A DNA stretch of 64,000 nt, taken from the NCBI GenBank assembly GCA_949425575.1, contig CASPVX010000002.1:10309-74308 (forward strand), written 5' to 3'. The position numbers and the translations under genes were made by a program. This document shows, one piece after another, positions 1 to 10,271 of the stretch. The notes under the pieces were generated by a model. It saw only the letters and a list, made by a program, of their open reading frames with translations. It did not search any database and was not told the DNA's origin. This DNA comes from an uncultured Bacilli bacterium. Lineage in GTDB: Bacteria; Bacillota_I; Bacilli_A; RF39; UBA660. The stretch's first letter is position 1. Every line of letters starts with the position of its first letter.

Positions 1-1
1 T

Positions 2-1063
2 GCTATAAGTGGTAAAAAAGCAAATGGTACAAAAATTCAGTTATATTCTTCAAATAAAAGTAATGCCCAAATATGGTATATAAAGTATTTGAAAGACGGA
101 TATTATTCTATATCTAGTGCAATGAATCCTAAAGTAGTATTAGATACAGAAAATTCAGGAATGACCAATGGAACTAAAATTCAATTATATAAAAACTCAG
201 GCAATGATAACCAGCAGTGGTTAATTAAAGATACAGGAGATGGATATGTTTCTCTTATATCTAAGGTAAATAGTTTATATGCCACAGTTGTTAGCGAAAA
301 ACCACAAAATGGTACAAAAGTAGAACTATATGCGGGTGACTTAAGTAAAAAACAAAAATTTAAATTAAATAAGTTTACAGAACAAAAAGTTTATACTGGT
401 ATTGATATTTCTTATCATCAGGAAAAAAATAAACCTAAAATAGATTGGACTAAAATAGCAAATTCAGATTTAGGTTTTGTAATCATTAGAGCAGGGTATG
501 GAGCAGACTTTTCTTATCAGGACGATGAATCTTTCGCATCATATGTAGCAGCATGTGAAAAATATAATATTCCATACGGACTATATTTATATTCTTATGC
601 TAAAGATATTGAAACACCTGATAAAACAGGTGCTAAAGATGAAGCAAACCATATGCTTAGATTATTAAAACAAATAGGTGTTAATAATTATAGACCTAAT
701 TTAGGAACGGAAGTATTTTTAGATGTTGAAGATAAGAGTACCGAGAGTGCAGGAAAAACTAAACTAACTAATGTAGCAGAATACTTTTGTTCTACTATTG
801 AATCAAAAGGATATAAATGTGGTATATATGCAAATAAAACTTGGTTTACTAACTTTATTGATCCGCAAAAATTATATCCAAAATATGATATATGGGTTGC
901 AGAGTATTTTAATAAGGTTCATCCTAGTTTCAATGATGCTAAGGGAAAAAGACCTAGCTATAATTTAACTCCATATAAATATTGGCAATTTGCCTCAGAT
1001 GGCATCGTAGATGGCATTAGTGGTAATGTGGATTTAGATTTAGGTTATGATATATTTGATTAA
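2..1063 (+). CDS. Ricin-B-lectin repeats fused to a GH25 muramidase (lysozyme); 5' end lies outside the window
   Basis: The frame is open from base 2. It has repeated NGTKIQLY..(S/G)N..Q(I/Q)W lectin-type motifs. The C-terminal half (GIDISYHQ..IDW..FVIIRAGYG..GLYLYSY..WVAEY) looks like a GH25 lysozyme. Confidence 0.75.
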   Translation, partial: AISGKKANGTKIQLYSSNKSNAQIWYIKYLKDGYYSISSAMNPKVVLDTENSGMTNGTKIQLYKNSGNDNQQWLIKDTGDGYVSLISKVNSLYATVVSEKPQNGTKVELYAGDLSKKQKFKLNKFTEQKVYTGIDISYHQEKNKPKIDWTKIANSDLGFVIIRAGYGADFSYQDDESFASYVAACEKYNIPYGLYLYSYAKDIETPDKTGAKDEANHMLRLLKQIGVNNYRPNLGTEVFLDVEDKSTESAGKTKLTNVAEYFCSTIESKGYKCGIYANKTWFTNFIDPQKLYPKYDIWVAEYFNKVHPSFNDAKGKRPSYNLTPYKYWQFASDGIVDGISGNVDLDLGYDIFD

Positions 1064-1133
1064 CAATATTAAATATTTTTATATAGACAAATAGCTTTGA
1101 TTATTTGTCTTTTTATTGTATAATTGTAGATAG

Positions 1134-1610
1134 GTGAATAGAATGAAAAAAGTTTTATTTATATCAAGTACAGGTGGACATCTTAATGAACTTTTACAAT
1201 TAAGCCCACTATTTGATAAATATGAATCATATTTAATAACTGAAAAAACAAAATCAAATATTAAATTAACAGAAAAATACAATGTCCCAGGTTTTTTATT
1301 ATATGGGACAAAAGATCATATAATATCGTATCCATTTAAGCTTTTGGCAAATTGTTTTATAAGCTTATATTATATGTTAAAAATAATGCCCGATGTGGTT
1401 GTTACAACAGGGGCACACACATGTGGTCCAATGTGTTGTTTGGCTAAGATTTTTAGAAAGAAAATAATTTATATTGAAACTTTTGCAAATCAATCAACAA
1501 AAACAGCTACAGGCAGACTTTTATATACTTTTGCTGATGTATTTATAGTTCAGTGGGAAGAAATGCTTAAAGAATATCCAAATGCCATTTATGGAGGTTG
1601 GATTTATTAG
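1134..1610 (+). CDS. Alg14-like membrane subunit of a split glycosyltransferase (PssD/Cps14F type)
   Basis: N-terminal KVLFISSTGGHLNELLQL motif and about 155 aa in length. It is followed immediately by the Alg13-like partner. The real start may be the ATG at 1143, downstream of an AGGTGA RBS. Confidence 0.7.
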   Translation: MNRMKKVLFISSTGGHLNELLQLSPLFDKYESYLITEKTKSNIKLTEKYNVPGFLLYGTKDHIISYPFKLLANCFISLYYMLKIMPDVVVTTGAHTCGPMCCLAKIFRKKIIYIETFANQSTKTATGRLLYTFADVFIVQWEEMLKEYPNAIYGGWIY

Positions 1611-1624
1611 TGAGGGTGATTTAA

Positions 1625-2104
1625 GTGATTTATGTAACATTAGGGACGCAAGATAAATCTTTTGATAGACTTTTAAAACAAATTCAAAATGAAATTGATA
1701 ATGGGACAATAACAGAAGAAGTTATTGTTCAAGCAGGTCATACAAAATTTGAAAGCAAAGATATGAAAATTTTTGATTTGATTTCATTAGATGATTTTAA
1801 TAAATATATGAATGAATGTAGCTTGTTAATTACTCATGGAGGGGTAGGGTCTATTGTAGATGGATTAAAAAATGGCAAAAAAGTTATTGCTGTTCCTAGA
1901 CTAAAAGAATTTGGCGAACATACAAATGATCACCAATTACAAATTGTTCAAAACTTTGGAGAAAAGAACTATATTTTACCACTAACTAACATGGATGATT
2001 TTCATGAAACTCTTCTTAAAGCAAAAACTTTTAAACCAAACAAATACAAATCAAATACTAAAAATTTTATAAAATTAATTCAAACATATATCGAAGAGGA
2101 GTGA
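1625..2104 (+). CDS. Alg13-like / GT28 C-terminal-domain catalytic subunit (PssE/Cps14G type)
   Basis: IYVTLGTQDKSFDRLL .. ITHGGVGS motifs and a GTG start. It is adjacent to the Alg14-like gene. Confidence 0.7.
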   Translation: MIYVTLGTQDKSFDRLLKQIQNEIDNGTITEEVIVQAGHTKFESKDMKIFDLISLDDFNKYMNECSLLITHGGVGSIVDGLKNGKKVIAVPRLKEFGEHTNDHQLQIVQNFGEKNYILPLTNMDDFHETLLKAKTFKPNKYKSNTKNFIKLIQTYIEEE

Positions 2105-2108
2105 AAAT

Positions 2109-3113
2109 ATGAATGAAAAAATAGATTTTGTTATAACTTGGGTTGATGGTAGTGATCCTAAGTGGCTTGAAGAAAAAAATAAATATTCTTCAAAAAAAGA
2201 AGACACTAGTGATACTATTAATAGGTATCGTGATATGGAAATTTTAAAATATTGGTTTAGATCTGTTGAAAAGTATACTCCTTGGGTTAATAAGGTACAT
2301 TTTGTAACTTGGGGTCATACACCAGATTGGCTTGATATAAATAATCCTAAGTTAAACGTAGTGAAACATGAAGATTTCATTCCAAAAAAGTATTTACCTG
2401 TTTTTAATTCAAATGCAATTGAAATGAATTTACATAGAATTGAGGGTTTAGCCGAAAAATTTGTTTATTTTAATGACGATATGTTTATTATGAGACCGTT
2501 AAATAGTGAATTTTTCTTTAAAAATGGATTACCTTGTGATTTATGGAGAGATAATATTCCATACTGTGATAAAGATACTGATCCATTATTTGAATACATT
2601 TTATTAAATGTAAAAATGTTAATTAGTAGAAATTTTAATAAAAAACAAGTGATAAAACAAAATTTTTCTAAATGTTTTAATTTAAAGTATGGAAAAAGAA
2701 ACATTAGATTTTTATTGCTTAATAAATGGCCTTATATGGCAGGATTTGATAATTTCCATGTAGCCGCACCTTTTTTAAAAAGTACATTTGAACAAGTGTG
2801 GGCTAAAGAATATGAAACTTTGGATCAAACATCGAGTTCAAAATTTAGAAGTGTTTATGATGTAAATCAATATATTTTTCAACTATGGCAAATCTATACT
2901 GGGAAATTTACACCTAAATCTATAAAAGAATCAGGAACTTTTTTTAATCTTTCTAACAACAATTCAGAACTTTTTGATTTTATAGATAATCAAAAAGGTG
3001 ATTTGATCTGTATTAATGATAGTGATTTAACTATCGATTATGATAAAGTTAAAAAAGACCTTATTTCTCATTTTGAAATGGTTCTACCAGAAAAGTCTTC
3101 CTTTGAAAAATAA
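2109..3113 (+). CDS. Stealth-family capsular/wall polysaccharide hexose-1-phosphate transferase
   Basis: CR1-like DFVITWVDGSDPKW, a CR2-like YWFRSVEKYTPWVNKVHFVTWGHTPDWL block, and CR3-like FVYFNDDMF. Confidence 0.75.
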   Translation: MNEKIDFVITWVDGSDPKWLEEKNKYSSKKEDTSDTINRYRDMEILKYWFRSVEKYTPWVNKVHFVTWGHTPDWLDINNPKLNVVKHEDFIPKKYLPVFNSNAIEMNLHRIEGLAEKFVYFNDDMFIMRPLNSEFFFKNGLPCDLWRDNIPYCDKDTDPLFEYILLNVKMLISRNFNKKQVIKQNFSKCFNLKYGKRNIRFLLLNKWPYMAGFDNFHVAAPFLKSTFEQVWAKEYETLDQTSSSKFRSVYDVNQYIFQLWQIYTGKFTPKSIKESGTFFNLSNNNSELFDFIDNQKGDLICINDSDLTIDYDKVKKDLISHFEMVLPEKSSFEK

Positions 3114-3136
3114 AACATTTTAAGAGGTGAAATTTA

Positions 3137-4651
3137 ATGCGTACTAAAAATTCTATATATAATGCAATTTTTTCTACACTTGCTAGTTTAGTAGGAATGG
3201 TATTAGGATTTGTAACCCAAAAAATATTTTTAATGTGTTTAGGGTTAGAATATTCAGGCGCTAATGGCCTTTTTACTAATATTATGTCTATGCTTGCAAT
3301 AGTGGAAATGGGTGTTGGAAGCGCGATTGTTTATAATTTATATAAACCAATTGCTAATGATGATACTGAAAAAATAAAAACTCTTATGCGTTTTTATAAA
3401 AAATGTTATAACATCATAGCAGCAACCATATTAGTTTTTGGTATTATTTTAACTCCTTTTGTACCAATTTTTGTTGGAGAAAATAGTATTCCAGAAAGTA
3501 TGATATTGCTTTATTTTTTAGCGCTATTTGATACTATTCTTTCATATTTAATTTCTTATAAGCGTTCAATATTAATCGCACATCAAAAAAACTATATCAT
3601 TAATATAGTGCATATGATTTATTTAATATTATTAAATGTATGTGAAATAGCTATTTTGTTTGCCTTTAAAAATTATATATTATATTTAATTTTAAGAATT
3701 GTATTTAGATTTTTAGAAAATTTAGTTATTACACTAATTGCTAATAAAAAATACCCATATATTAAAGATAAAAATTATGTTGTGTTAGATAAAGAGACTA
3801 GAAAAAATCTATTTACTAATGTTAAGGGATTATTCTACCACAAAATCGGTGGATTTATTGTTGGGGGAACATCATATATAGTAATCTCAATGATTTTAGG
3901 ACTTAAATATGCAGGTATTTATAATAATTATTTTTTAATATTTAATTCTGTATCTATTTTATTATCACAAATATTTTTCTCTATAGTAGCAAGTGTTGGT
4001 AATTTATTAGTAGAAGAAAAAACAGAAAAGTGTCATGAAGTTTATAAAAAACTAACTGTATTTAATTTCTGGATTTATGCACTTTGTTCAGTCGGATTGT
4101 TTGCTGCATTGCAACCATTTGTCACATGGTGGATTGGATCAGAGTACTTACTTCCTATGTATGCTATTTTCTGTTTCGCACTTTATTTCTATTTACAAGG
4201 AATGCGAAAAACAATTAATGCCTTTAAAGAAGCAGCAGGTATTTTTTACCAGGATAGAAGAATACCAATTGTTGAATCAGTTGTTAATTTAGTTAGTGCG
4301 ATATTCTTTGTAAAATTAATAGGTATAGCAGGCGTTTTTGTTGCTGGTATTATCAGCTCACTAGTTTTATTTGCGTATAGTTATCCAAAATATGTCTATA
4401 AACCATTATTTAATAAAAAATGGAAAGTTTTCTATATAGAGCAAATTAAATTGTTTTTCTTAATGTTAATTATGTTAGGCACTACTTACTTATTAATGAA
4501 TTTAATAGTATTACAAAATCCATTATTACAATTTATAGTTAATGGTATAATTGTGTTAATAGTAGTAAATCTATTATTCTATATTGTATTTAGAAAAACA
4601 GAAGAATTTAAATATTTTAAATATCTTATTAACAAAATAATTCATAGATAA
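3137..4651 (+). CDS. wzx: Wzx-type polysaccharide flippase (MOP superfamily)
   Basis: 504-aa polytopic membrane protein with about 12-14 hydrophobic segments, located inside the glycosyltransferase cluster. The N-terminal N..FS...S.V pattern is typical of Wzx. Confidence 0.65.
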   Translation: MRTKNSIYNAIFSTLASLVGMVLGFVTQKIFLMCLGLEYSGANGLFTNIMSMLAIVEMGVGSAIVYNLYKPIANDDTEKIKTLMRFYKKCYNIIAATILVFGIILTPFVPIFVGENSIPESMILLYFLALFDTILSYLISYKRSILIAHQKNYIINIVHMIYLILLNVCEIAILFAFKNYILYLILRIVFRFLENLVITLIANKKYPYIKDKNYVVLDKETRKNLFTNVKGLFYHKIGGFIVGGTSYIVISMILGLKYAGIYNNYFLIFNSVSILLSQIFFSIVASVGNLLVEEKTEKCHEVYKKLTVFNFWIYALCSVGLFAALQPFVTWWIGSEYLLPMYAIFCFALYFYLQGMRKTINAFKEAAGIFYQDRRIPIVESVVNLVSAIFFVKLIGIAGVFVAGIISSLVLFAYSYPKYVYKPLFNKKWKVFYIEQIKLFFLMLIMLGTTYLLMNLIVLQNPLLQFIVNGIIVLIVVNLLFYIVFRKTEEFKYFKYLINKIIHR

Positions 4652-4661
4652 AGGTGATTAT

Positions 4662-5651
4662 ATGAAACGTGTATCAATTATTATTCCAGTTTATAATGGC
4701 GAAAAGTATATCGAAAGATGTTTAAATTCTTTAATTAACCAAAGTTATAAAGATATAGAGATAATAGCTATTAACGATGGGTCTACAGACTCTACACTTG
4801 AAAAACTCAAAAAATATAAACAAATAGAAATCATTGATAAAGAAAATACAGGTGTCTCTAATTCTAGAAATTTAGGAATAGATAAAATGACTGGAGATTA
4901 CGTTTTCTTTTGTGATGCAGATGATTGGCTTGATGAGAAAGCTATTGAGGGTGCTGTTAAAAATATTAAAGGATTTGATGCCCTAAGATTTAGTCATTAT
5001 GTTGCTACTGATAATAAAGTTGATAAAAAGAGTAATGAAGATGATGTTTTTTCTGATATTGATACAGTAATTGAAGACAGTAATATATTAATTACAAGTT
5101 TACTTACAAATAAAACTGAAGGTCATTTATGGAATTATTTGTTTGATGCTAAAATTATTAAAGAAAACAATATAAGATTTAATGAAAAACTATTTTATCA
5201 GGAAGACGTTGTTTTTCTATTAGAATATTTTATACATACTGAAAGAGTAAAACTTTTAAAAGAAGCTTATTATTACTACTATAAAAATTTAGATAGTGTT
5301 ACTAATAATTTTGAAGGGGCAATAAAAAACCTTTCTTCAATTTATATGATTAGAAACCTGTTAATTAGTATACTTAAAAAAAGTAGTAATAAAGATTATC
5401 AAGATATAATTGATCAAAGATTTTTAAATTTACTTTTAATGTATTTTAATGAATATCAAATAAAACAACCAATTAAACAGTATTTTAGGTTTTTAGAAAA
5501 TGTTTCTGATGCAAATAGGGAATACTTTGCAGAATTACTTAAAACAAATCTTAATAAAAAATGGAAAATATTTATAAGTTTATTAAGTAAAAAAAGAAAA
5601 TATTTATTTTATATTTATGTAAAATTATATCGTTTGACGAAAGGAAAGTAG
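4662..5651 (+). CDS. Family 2 glycosyltransferase
   Basis: VSIIIPVYNGEKYI..CL.S...Q.Y..IEIIAINDGSTD .. CDADDW, which are GT2 N-terminal signatures. Confidence 0.8.
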   Translation: MKRVSIIIPVYNGEKYIERCLNSLINQSYKDIEIIAINDGSTDSTLEKLKKYKQIEIIDKENTGVSNSRNLGIDKMTGDYVFFCDADDWLDEKAIEGAVKNIKGFDALRFSHYVATDNKVDKKSNEDDVFSDIDTVIEDSNILITSLLTNKTEGHLWNYLFDAKIIKENNIRFNEKLFYQEDVVFLLEYFIHTERVKLLKEAYYYYYKNLDSVTNNFEGAIKNLSSIYMIRNLLISILKKSSNKDYQDIIDQRFLNLLLMYFNEYQIKQPIKQYFRFLENVSDANREYFAELLKTNLNKKWKIFISLLSKKRKYLFYIYVKLYRLTKGK

Positions 5652-5652
5652 A

Positions 5653-6606
5653 ATGGTTAAGATAAGTGTAATTGTACCAGTATACAATGTTGAGAAGTAT
5701 TTACCAAAATGTTTAGATAGTTTAGTCAATCAAACAATTAATGATTATGAAGTTATTATAATTAATGATGGATCACCAGATAATTCTCAAGAAATAATAG
5801 ATAAATATGCAAAAGAATTTCCGAATATTATAAAACCATTTATTAAAGAAAATGGGGGACAAGCAAGTGCCAGAAACTATGCTTTAAAAAAAGCTTCAGG
5901 TGAATATATAATGTACGTTGATTCAGATGATTGGATAGCTGAAAACGCACTTGAAAAATTATATGAAAAGGCAATGGACGATAATTCTGATATTGTTGTA
6001 TGCTCTGCTTATAAAGTTTTAAATGATGATTATTCTTTAATGGAAAGTTTTGACACTATAAAAGATCCAATTAAAAGTTATATTTTAAACAGGCCATCTG
6101 CTTGGTGTAAATTAATAAAAAAAGAAGTTCTAAAAAATAAAGAATTATATTTTTTAGAAAATCATTATTATGAAGATATTGCTGTAGTTCCAGCATATTG
6201 TCTTTATACAAAAAACATTTCGTTTTTGAATATACCTTTGTATTATTATTTAATAAGAGAGGGCTCTACAATGAATCAACTTAAATATACAAAATCTTTG
6301 GAAGATATTTTTGATTCATTAGATTATTTAGAATCATTGTTTAAAAGTAAAAATTGTTTATCAGTATACAAAGAAGAATTAGAGTTTATATATATAGAAA
6401 ACTTACTTCATGCAGCAACTTTGAGGTTTTTACCTTATAAAGAAGGCGAAAAAAGTATTTTAAAAATAATAAAAATTATGAAAGAAAAATTTCCAAACTG
6501 GAAGAAAAATAAATATTATAAACAAGAAAAATTAAAATATAAGATTGTGTGCTCATTAATATATAATGGTAATTATATGCTTGTTAAAAAAATATTAAAA
6601 ATATAA
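5653..6606 (+). CDS. Family 2 glycosyltransferase
   Basis: ISVIVPVYNVEKYL..CLDSL.NQT..DYEVIIINDGSPD .. VDSDDW. Confidence 0.8.
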   Translation: MVKISVIVPVYNVEKYLPKCLDSLVNQTINDYEVIIINDGSPDNSQEIIDKYAKEFPNIIKPFIKENGGQASARNYALKKASGEYIMYVDSDDWIAENALEKLYEKAMDDNSDIVVCSAYKVLNDDYSLMESFDTIKDPIKSYILNRPSAWCKLIKKEVLKNKELYFLENHYYEDIAVVPAYCLYTKNISFLNIPLYYYLIREGSTMNQLKYTKSLEDIFDSLDYLESLFKSKNCLSVYKEELEFIYIENLLHAATLRFLPYKEGEKSILKIIKIMKEKFPNWKKNKYYKQEKLKYKIVCSLIYNGNYMLVKKILKI

Positions 6607-6623
6607 TAAAGGATTTGGGTATT

Positions 6624-7787
6624 ATGAAAAAGAAAAATTTATTAATTGTTGTAGATGAAAAACAAATGGGGGGCGTTTCAATTTTATTAGAAGATATGCT
6701 TAATCTTGATGTTTTTGGTGCATATACAACAGATATATTAGTATTACATAATAATGGAACAAGATTAAAAAACATTCCTAAAAACATAAATATAATATAT
6801 GGTAGTAAATATTTCAAAACCATCGATTTACCATTAAAAGAGATCATTAAAAGTAAAAAAATTGGTTTACTTTTATCAAAAATTAGACTGATTTTTGAAA
6901 TGAAAACAGGATTAATTAAAAAGCGAATAAAAAAAGAGAGAAAGAAGATTCTTAATAAAAAATATGATTTAGAAATTGCTTTCAAAGATGGTTTTACAGC
7001 GCTATTTACTATTTTTGGAGATAGTGATAAAAAAATTCATTGGCTTCACTATGAGTATAAAAATATTAATCCAAATAGACGTTATGACAAAATTTTTCAA
7101 CAAACTATACCTAAATTTGATAAAATAATTGCTGTTTCTAATGGTGTAAAAAAAGAATTTATGAAAATTTATGATGTAGAGAATATTGAGATTATTCCGA
7201 ATTTGATTAATTCTGAAAAAATAGTAAAAATGTCAAAAGAAAAAGCAGTAATACCTACATATAAAGATAAATTAAATATTGTTTTAGTGGGTAGAATTCA
7301 TGAGGTAAAAGGATATGATAGACTTTTAAAAGTTGTAGAAAGACTTCGTGAAATTAATTTGGGAGATAAATTATCTATAAACATTATAGGTGATGGACCA
7401 TTATTAGAAAGCATGAAACAAATAAATGATGAAAAAAAATTAAATGTTAATTTTTGGGGTGAAATGGACAACCCATATAAAGAAATAAAAAATTGTGATT
7501 TATTCATGTTACCATCTTACTACGAAGCATTTGGATTAGTTGTTTTAGAAGCCTTTATTTTAAAAACGCCTGTTTTAGCAACAAAGACAGCAGCTACTTC
7601 TAGTTTGATTGATAATGAAAACAATGGCTTAATTGTAGAAAATACTGAAGATGGTCTATATGAAGGATTAAAATATCTATTAGAAGATAATAATAAAATT
7701 GAAAAGTACAGAGAAAATTTGAAACATTATAAATATGATATAACCGATAAAATAAAACGAATAAAAGAAGTATTAGAGGAGTGGTAG
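6624..7787 (+). CDS. GT4 (GT-B fold) glycosyltransferase
   Basis: C-terminal GR....KG .. LPSYYEAFGLVVLEA motif. The ATG at 6624 follows an AAAGGA RBS; the ORF track starts at a TTG at 6615. Confidence 0.75.
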   Translation: MKKKNLLIVVDEKQMGGVSILLEDMLNLDVFGAYTTDILVLHNNGTRLKNIPKNINIIYGSKYFKTIDLPLKEIIKSKKIGLLLSKIRLIFEMKTGLIKKRIKKERKKILNKKYDLEIAFKDGFTALFTIFGDSDKKIHWLHYEYKNINPNRRYDKIFQQTIPKFDKIIAVSNGVKKEFMKIYDVENIEIIPNLINSEKIVKMSKEKAVIPTYKDKLNIVLVGRIHEVKGYDRLLKVVERLREINLGDKLSINIIGDGPLLESMKQINDEKKLNVNFWGEMDNPYKEIKNCDLFMLPSYYEAFGLVVLEAFILKTPVLATKTAATSSLIDNENNGLIVENTEDGLYEGLKYLLEDNNKIEKYRENLKHYKYDITDKIKRIKEVLEEW

Positions 7788-7788
7788 T

Positions 7789-9258
7789 ATGAAAAGAATA
7801 TTTGATCAACGTTTTATAAAGAAAATTTTATTAATATTTTTAGCAATTCAGCCAGTATTGGATTGTTACTTATTATATACAGATGAAATAATAGGATTTT
7901 TCCATTTTTCTCCAACAACTATAATAAGATTATTAATTATTGGAATATTATTTGTGTTGTTATTCTTTAATAAAGATAATAAAAGTACAAGAAAAACAAT
8001 TTATATATATGGAAGCTTGCTGCTTGTATATTTGATAACACATCACTTTGTAGCAGCAGGAATTGATAATAGTGGTTATAGTACATTCCAATACAGTATT
8101 GTAACAGAAGCATTTTATATAATTAGAATGTTGCTTCCATTATCTATTATTTATATAACTTATACATTAAAACCGTCTAAAGAAGAGGTTATTAAACTAT
8201 TTTTAGCAGTTAGTGCTATTGTATCAATTGTGATTGTAGGATCTAATTTGATTCAATGTTCTTTGGCATCTTATGGAGGAGGAGTAATTAAAGGAAACTT
8301 TTTTGATTGGTTTTTAGATGATAGTTTAGCTAAAAATGAATTAGCAAGTAAAGGTTGGTTTAATTCAGCAAATCAAATAAGTGGTCTTATGTACATATTG
8401 CTTCCGATGTGTATCTATTCTTTATTCAATAAATTTTCAATTCCAAGAACTATAATAACTTTCTTAACTGTATTATCAATGATAATGCTTGGTACAAGAG
8501 TTGCATCATATGGTTGGTTTTTAATTTTTATAATGATGTTTGTTTTTTACTTGTTCTTTATATTTGTTATGAAAAAGAATTCTTTTTCAATTAAAAGTTT
8601 TATTTCATTAATTTCGATTTTTGTTGTTTCTTTGATTATAATGCCTAATGGGCCGCTTGTTAATGTTTCATCATCATATACTGATGAAGATGATAAAAAA
8701 CTTACAGAAATGAAAGAAGATGAAAATATTTCAACTAAAGAACTGTTGGGTTATATTGGCATGAATGAAATATACTATGAAGAAATATATGTATATGAAG
8801 ATCATGAAAAATTTTGGGAATATGTAGTAGAAGATGTTCCAGCAACAAAAAGAGTTGGTAATAGAAACTCACAACAACTAATTACAGATGATGTTTCTGC
8901 AACTTATGAAACACCAATTAGAAGCCTTGTTGGACTTGGATATAGTAGATTTATAAATGCATATTTATATTTAGAAAAAGACTTTATTGTTCAGTACCAT
9001 ACAATTGGAATATTAGGAATTATATTATTCTTATTACCATATATAGCAATTGCTTTATATTCGTTTGTTAGATTTATAAAATATAAAAAATTAAGTTTAT
9101 TTAATTTGACACTATTAGCTATGCTTGTGTTACCACTTTGTATATCTTATTTTAGTGGGCATATAGTAGATGAACTTATAATTACATTATATTTAGGATT
9201 TATTGCTGGATATTTAGTTCATTCTTCTAGAAAGGGAGCCTTAAATGAAGAAAGTTAG
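7789..9258 (+). CDS. Wzy/O-antigen-ligase-like polytopic membrane protein (putative polymerase)
   Basis: 489 aa with at least 10 hydrophobic segments and one large loop. The call rests on its position in the glycan locus and on topology only. Confidence 0.45.
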   Translation: MKRIFDQRFIKKILLIFLAIQPVLDCYLLYTDEIIGFFHFSPTTIIRLLIIGILFVLLFFNKDNKSTRKTIYIYGSLLLVYLITHHFVAAGIDNSGYSTFQYSIVTEAFYIIRMLLPLSIIYITYTLKPSKEEVIKLFLAVSAIVSIVIVGSNLIQCSLASYGGGVIKGNFFDWFLDDSLAKNELASKGWFNSANQISGLMYILLPMCIYSLFNKFSIPRTIITFLTVLSMIMLGTRVASYGWFLIFIMMFVFYLFFIFVMKKNSFSIKSFISLISIFVVSLIIMPNGPLVNVSSSYTDEDDKKLTEMKEDENISTKELLGYIGMNEIYYEEIYVYEDHEKFWEYVVEDVPATKRVGNRNSQQLITDDVSATYETPIRSLVGLGYSRFINAYLYLEKDFIVQYHTIGILGIILFLLPYIAIALYSFVRFIKYKKLSLFNLTLLAMLVLPLCISYFSGHIVDELIITLYLGFIAGYLVHSSRKGALNEES

Positions 9259-10255
9259 TGTAATTGTACCAGCATATAATGCTGAAAAACACATTGCTAA
9301 TACAATAGAATCTTTATTAAAACAAACTATTGATGATTTTGAAATTATTTTAGTAAATGACGGATCATCTGATAATACAATAAACATTTTAAAAAAATAT
9401 GAAGAAAAATATGATCAAATAGTTGTAATTGATCAAAAAAATTCAGGACCAGGTGGAGCTAGAAATGCAGGTATAAAAGTCGCTAGTGGGGAGTATATTG
9501 GCTTTTTAGATAGTGATGATACTCAAGATAAAACAATGTACGAAAATATGTACAATAAAGCAAAAGAAAAAAATTATGATATGGTGGTATGCGATACAAC
9601 AACAGTGTATCCTAATAAAAAAGTTTTAGTGGAATCTGGAATAACAAAATCTACTAATGATAAAAATCAAATTAAAAAAGATATGATTTATTCTTATGCG
9701 GTAATATGGAATAAAATTATTAAAAGTGAAATAGTTAAAAAGAATTTATTTTCAAAAAAATTGTGGTATGAAGATGTAGAATTTTTATATAAACTTTTTC
9801 CAAAAGTAAATTCAATTGGAGTTATAAATAAAAGTTATTGTAATTATATTCAAACAGAAGATTCAATAACATATACATATAATCATAAAATATATGATTT
9901 AATTACAGTTTTAGATCAAATTATAGAATACTATAAAAAAGAAAACTTATATGATGAATTTAAAAATGAATTAGAGTATTCGTATGTAAGATATTTATAT
10001 GGTACATTTATAAGAAGAATAGCTAAAACAAAAAATAAAAAAGAGTATAAAAAAGCTGTTGAATTAGCAATCAAAAAGGTTAGAGATAACTTTCCTGATT
10101 ATAAGAAAAATATATATTTAAACAAAAAAGGCGCTAAAAATATATATTTAAAACACTTTAATAAATTAATCGCTAAAATCGTATTTATGTTTGAAAGAAA
10201 TAAAATGAATTATGAAATTCAAAATAAAATAGAAAACATTCTTAAAGAAAAATAG
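9245..10255 (+). CDS. Family 2 glycosyltransferase
   Basis: VSVIVPAYNAEKHI......L.QT..DFEIILVNDGSSD .. LDSDD. It overlaps the upstream gene by 14 nt. Confidence 0.8.
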   Translation: MKKVSVIVPAYNAEKHIANTIESLLKQTIDDFEIILVNDGSSDNTINILKKYEEKYDQIVVIDQKNSGPGGARNAGIKVASGEYIGFLDSDDTQDKTMYENMYNKAKEKNYDMVVCDTTTVYPNKKVLVESGITKSTNDKNQIKKDMIYSYAVIWNKIIKSEIVKKNLFSKKLWYEDVEFLYKLFPKVNSIGVINKSYCNYIQTEDSITYTYNHKIYDLITVLDQIIEYYKKENLYDEFKNELEYSYVRYLYGTFIRRIAKTKNKKEYKKAVELAIKKVRDNFPDYKKNIYLNKKGAKNIYLKHFNKLIAKIVFMFERNKMNYEIQNKIENILKEK

Positions 10256-10271
10256 AAAAGAGGAAATTTTA

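Noticed and set aside
4077-4292. A 71-aa + strand ORF inside wzx, and a 63-aa ORF at 13061-13252.
   Set aside because: These are alternative-frame ORFs nested in or overlapping strong membrane-protein genes, with no RBS.
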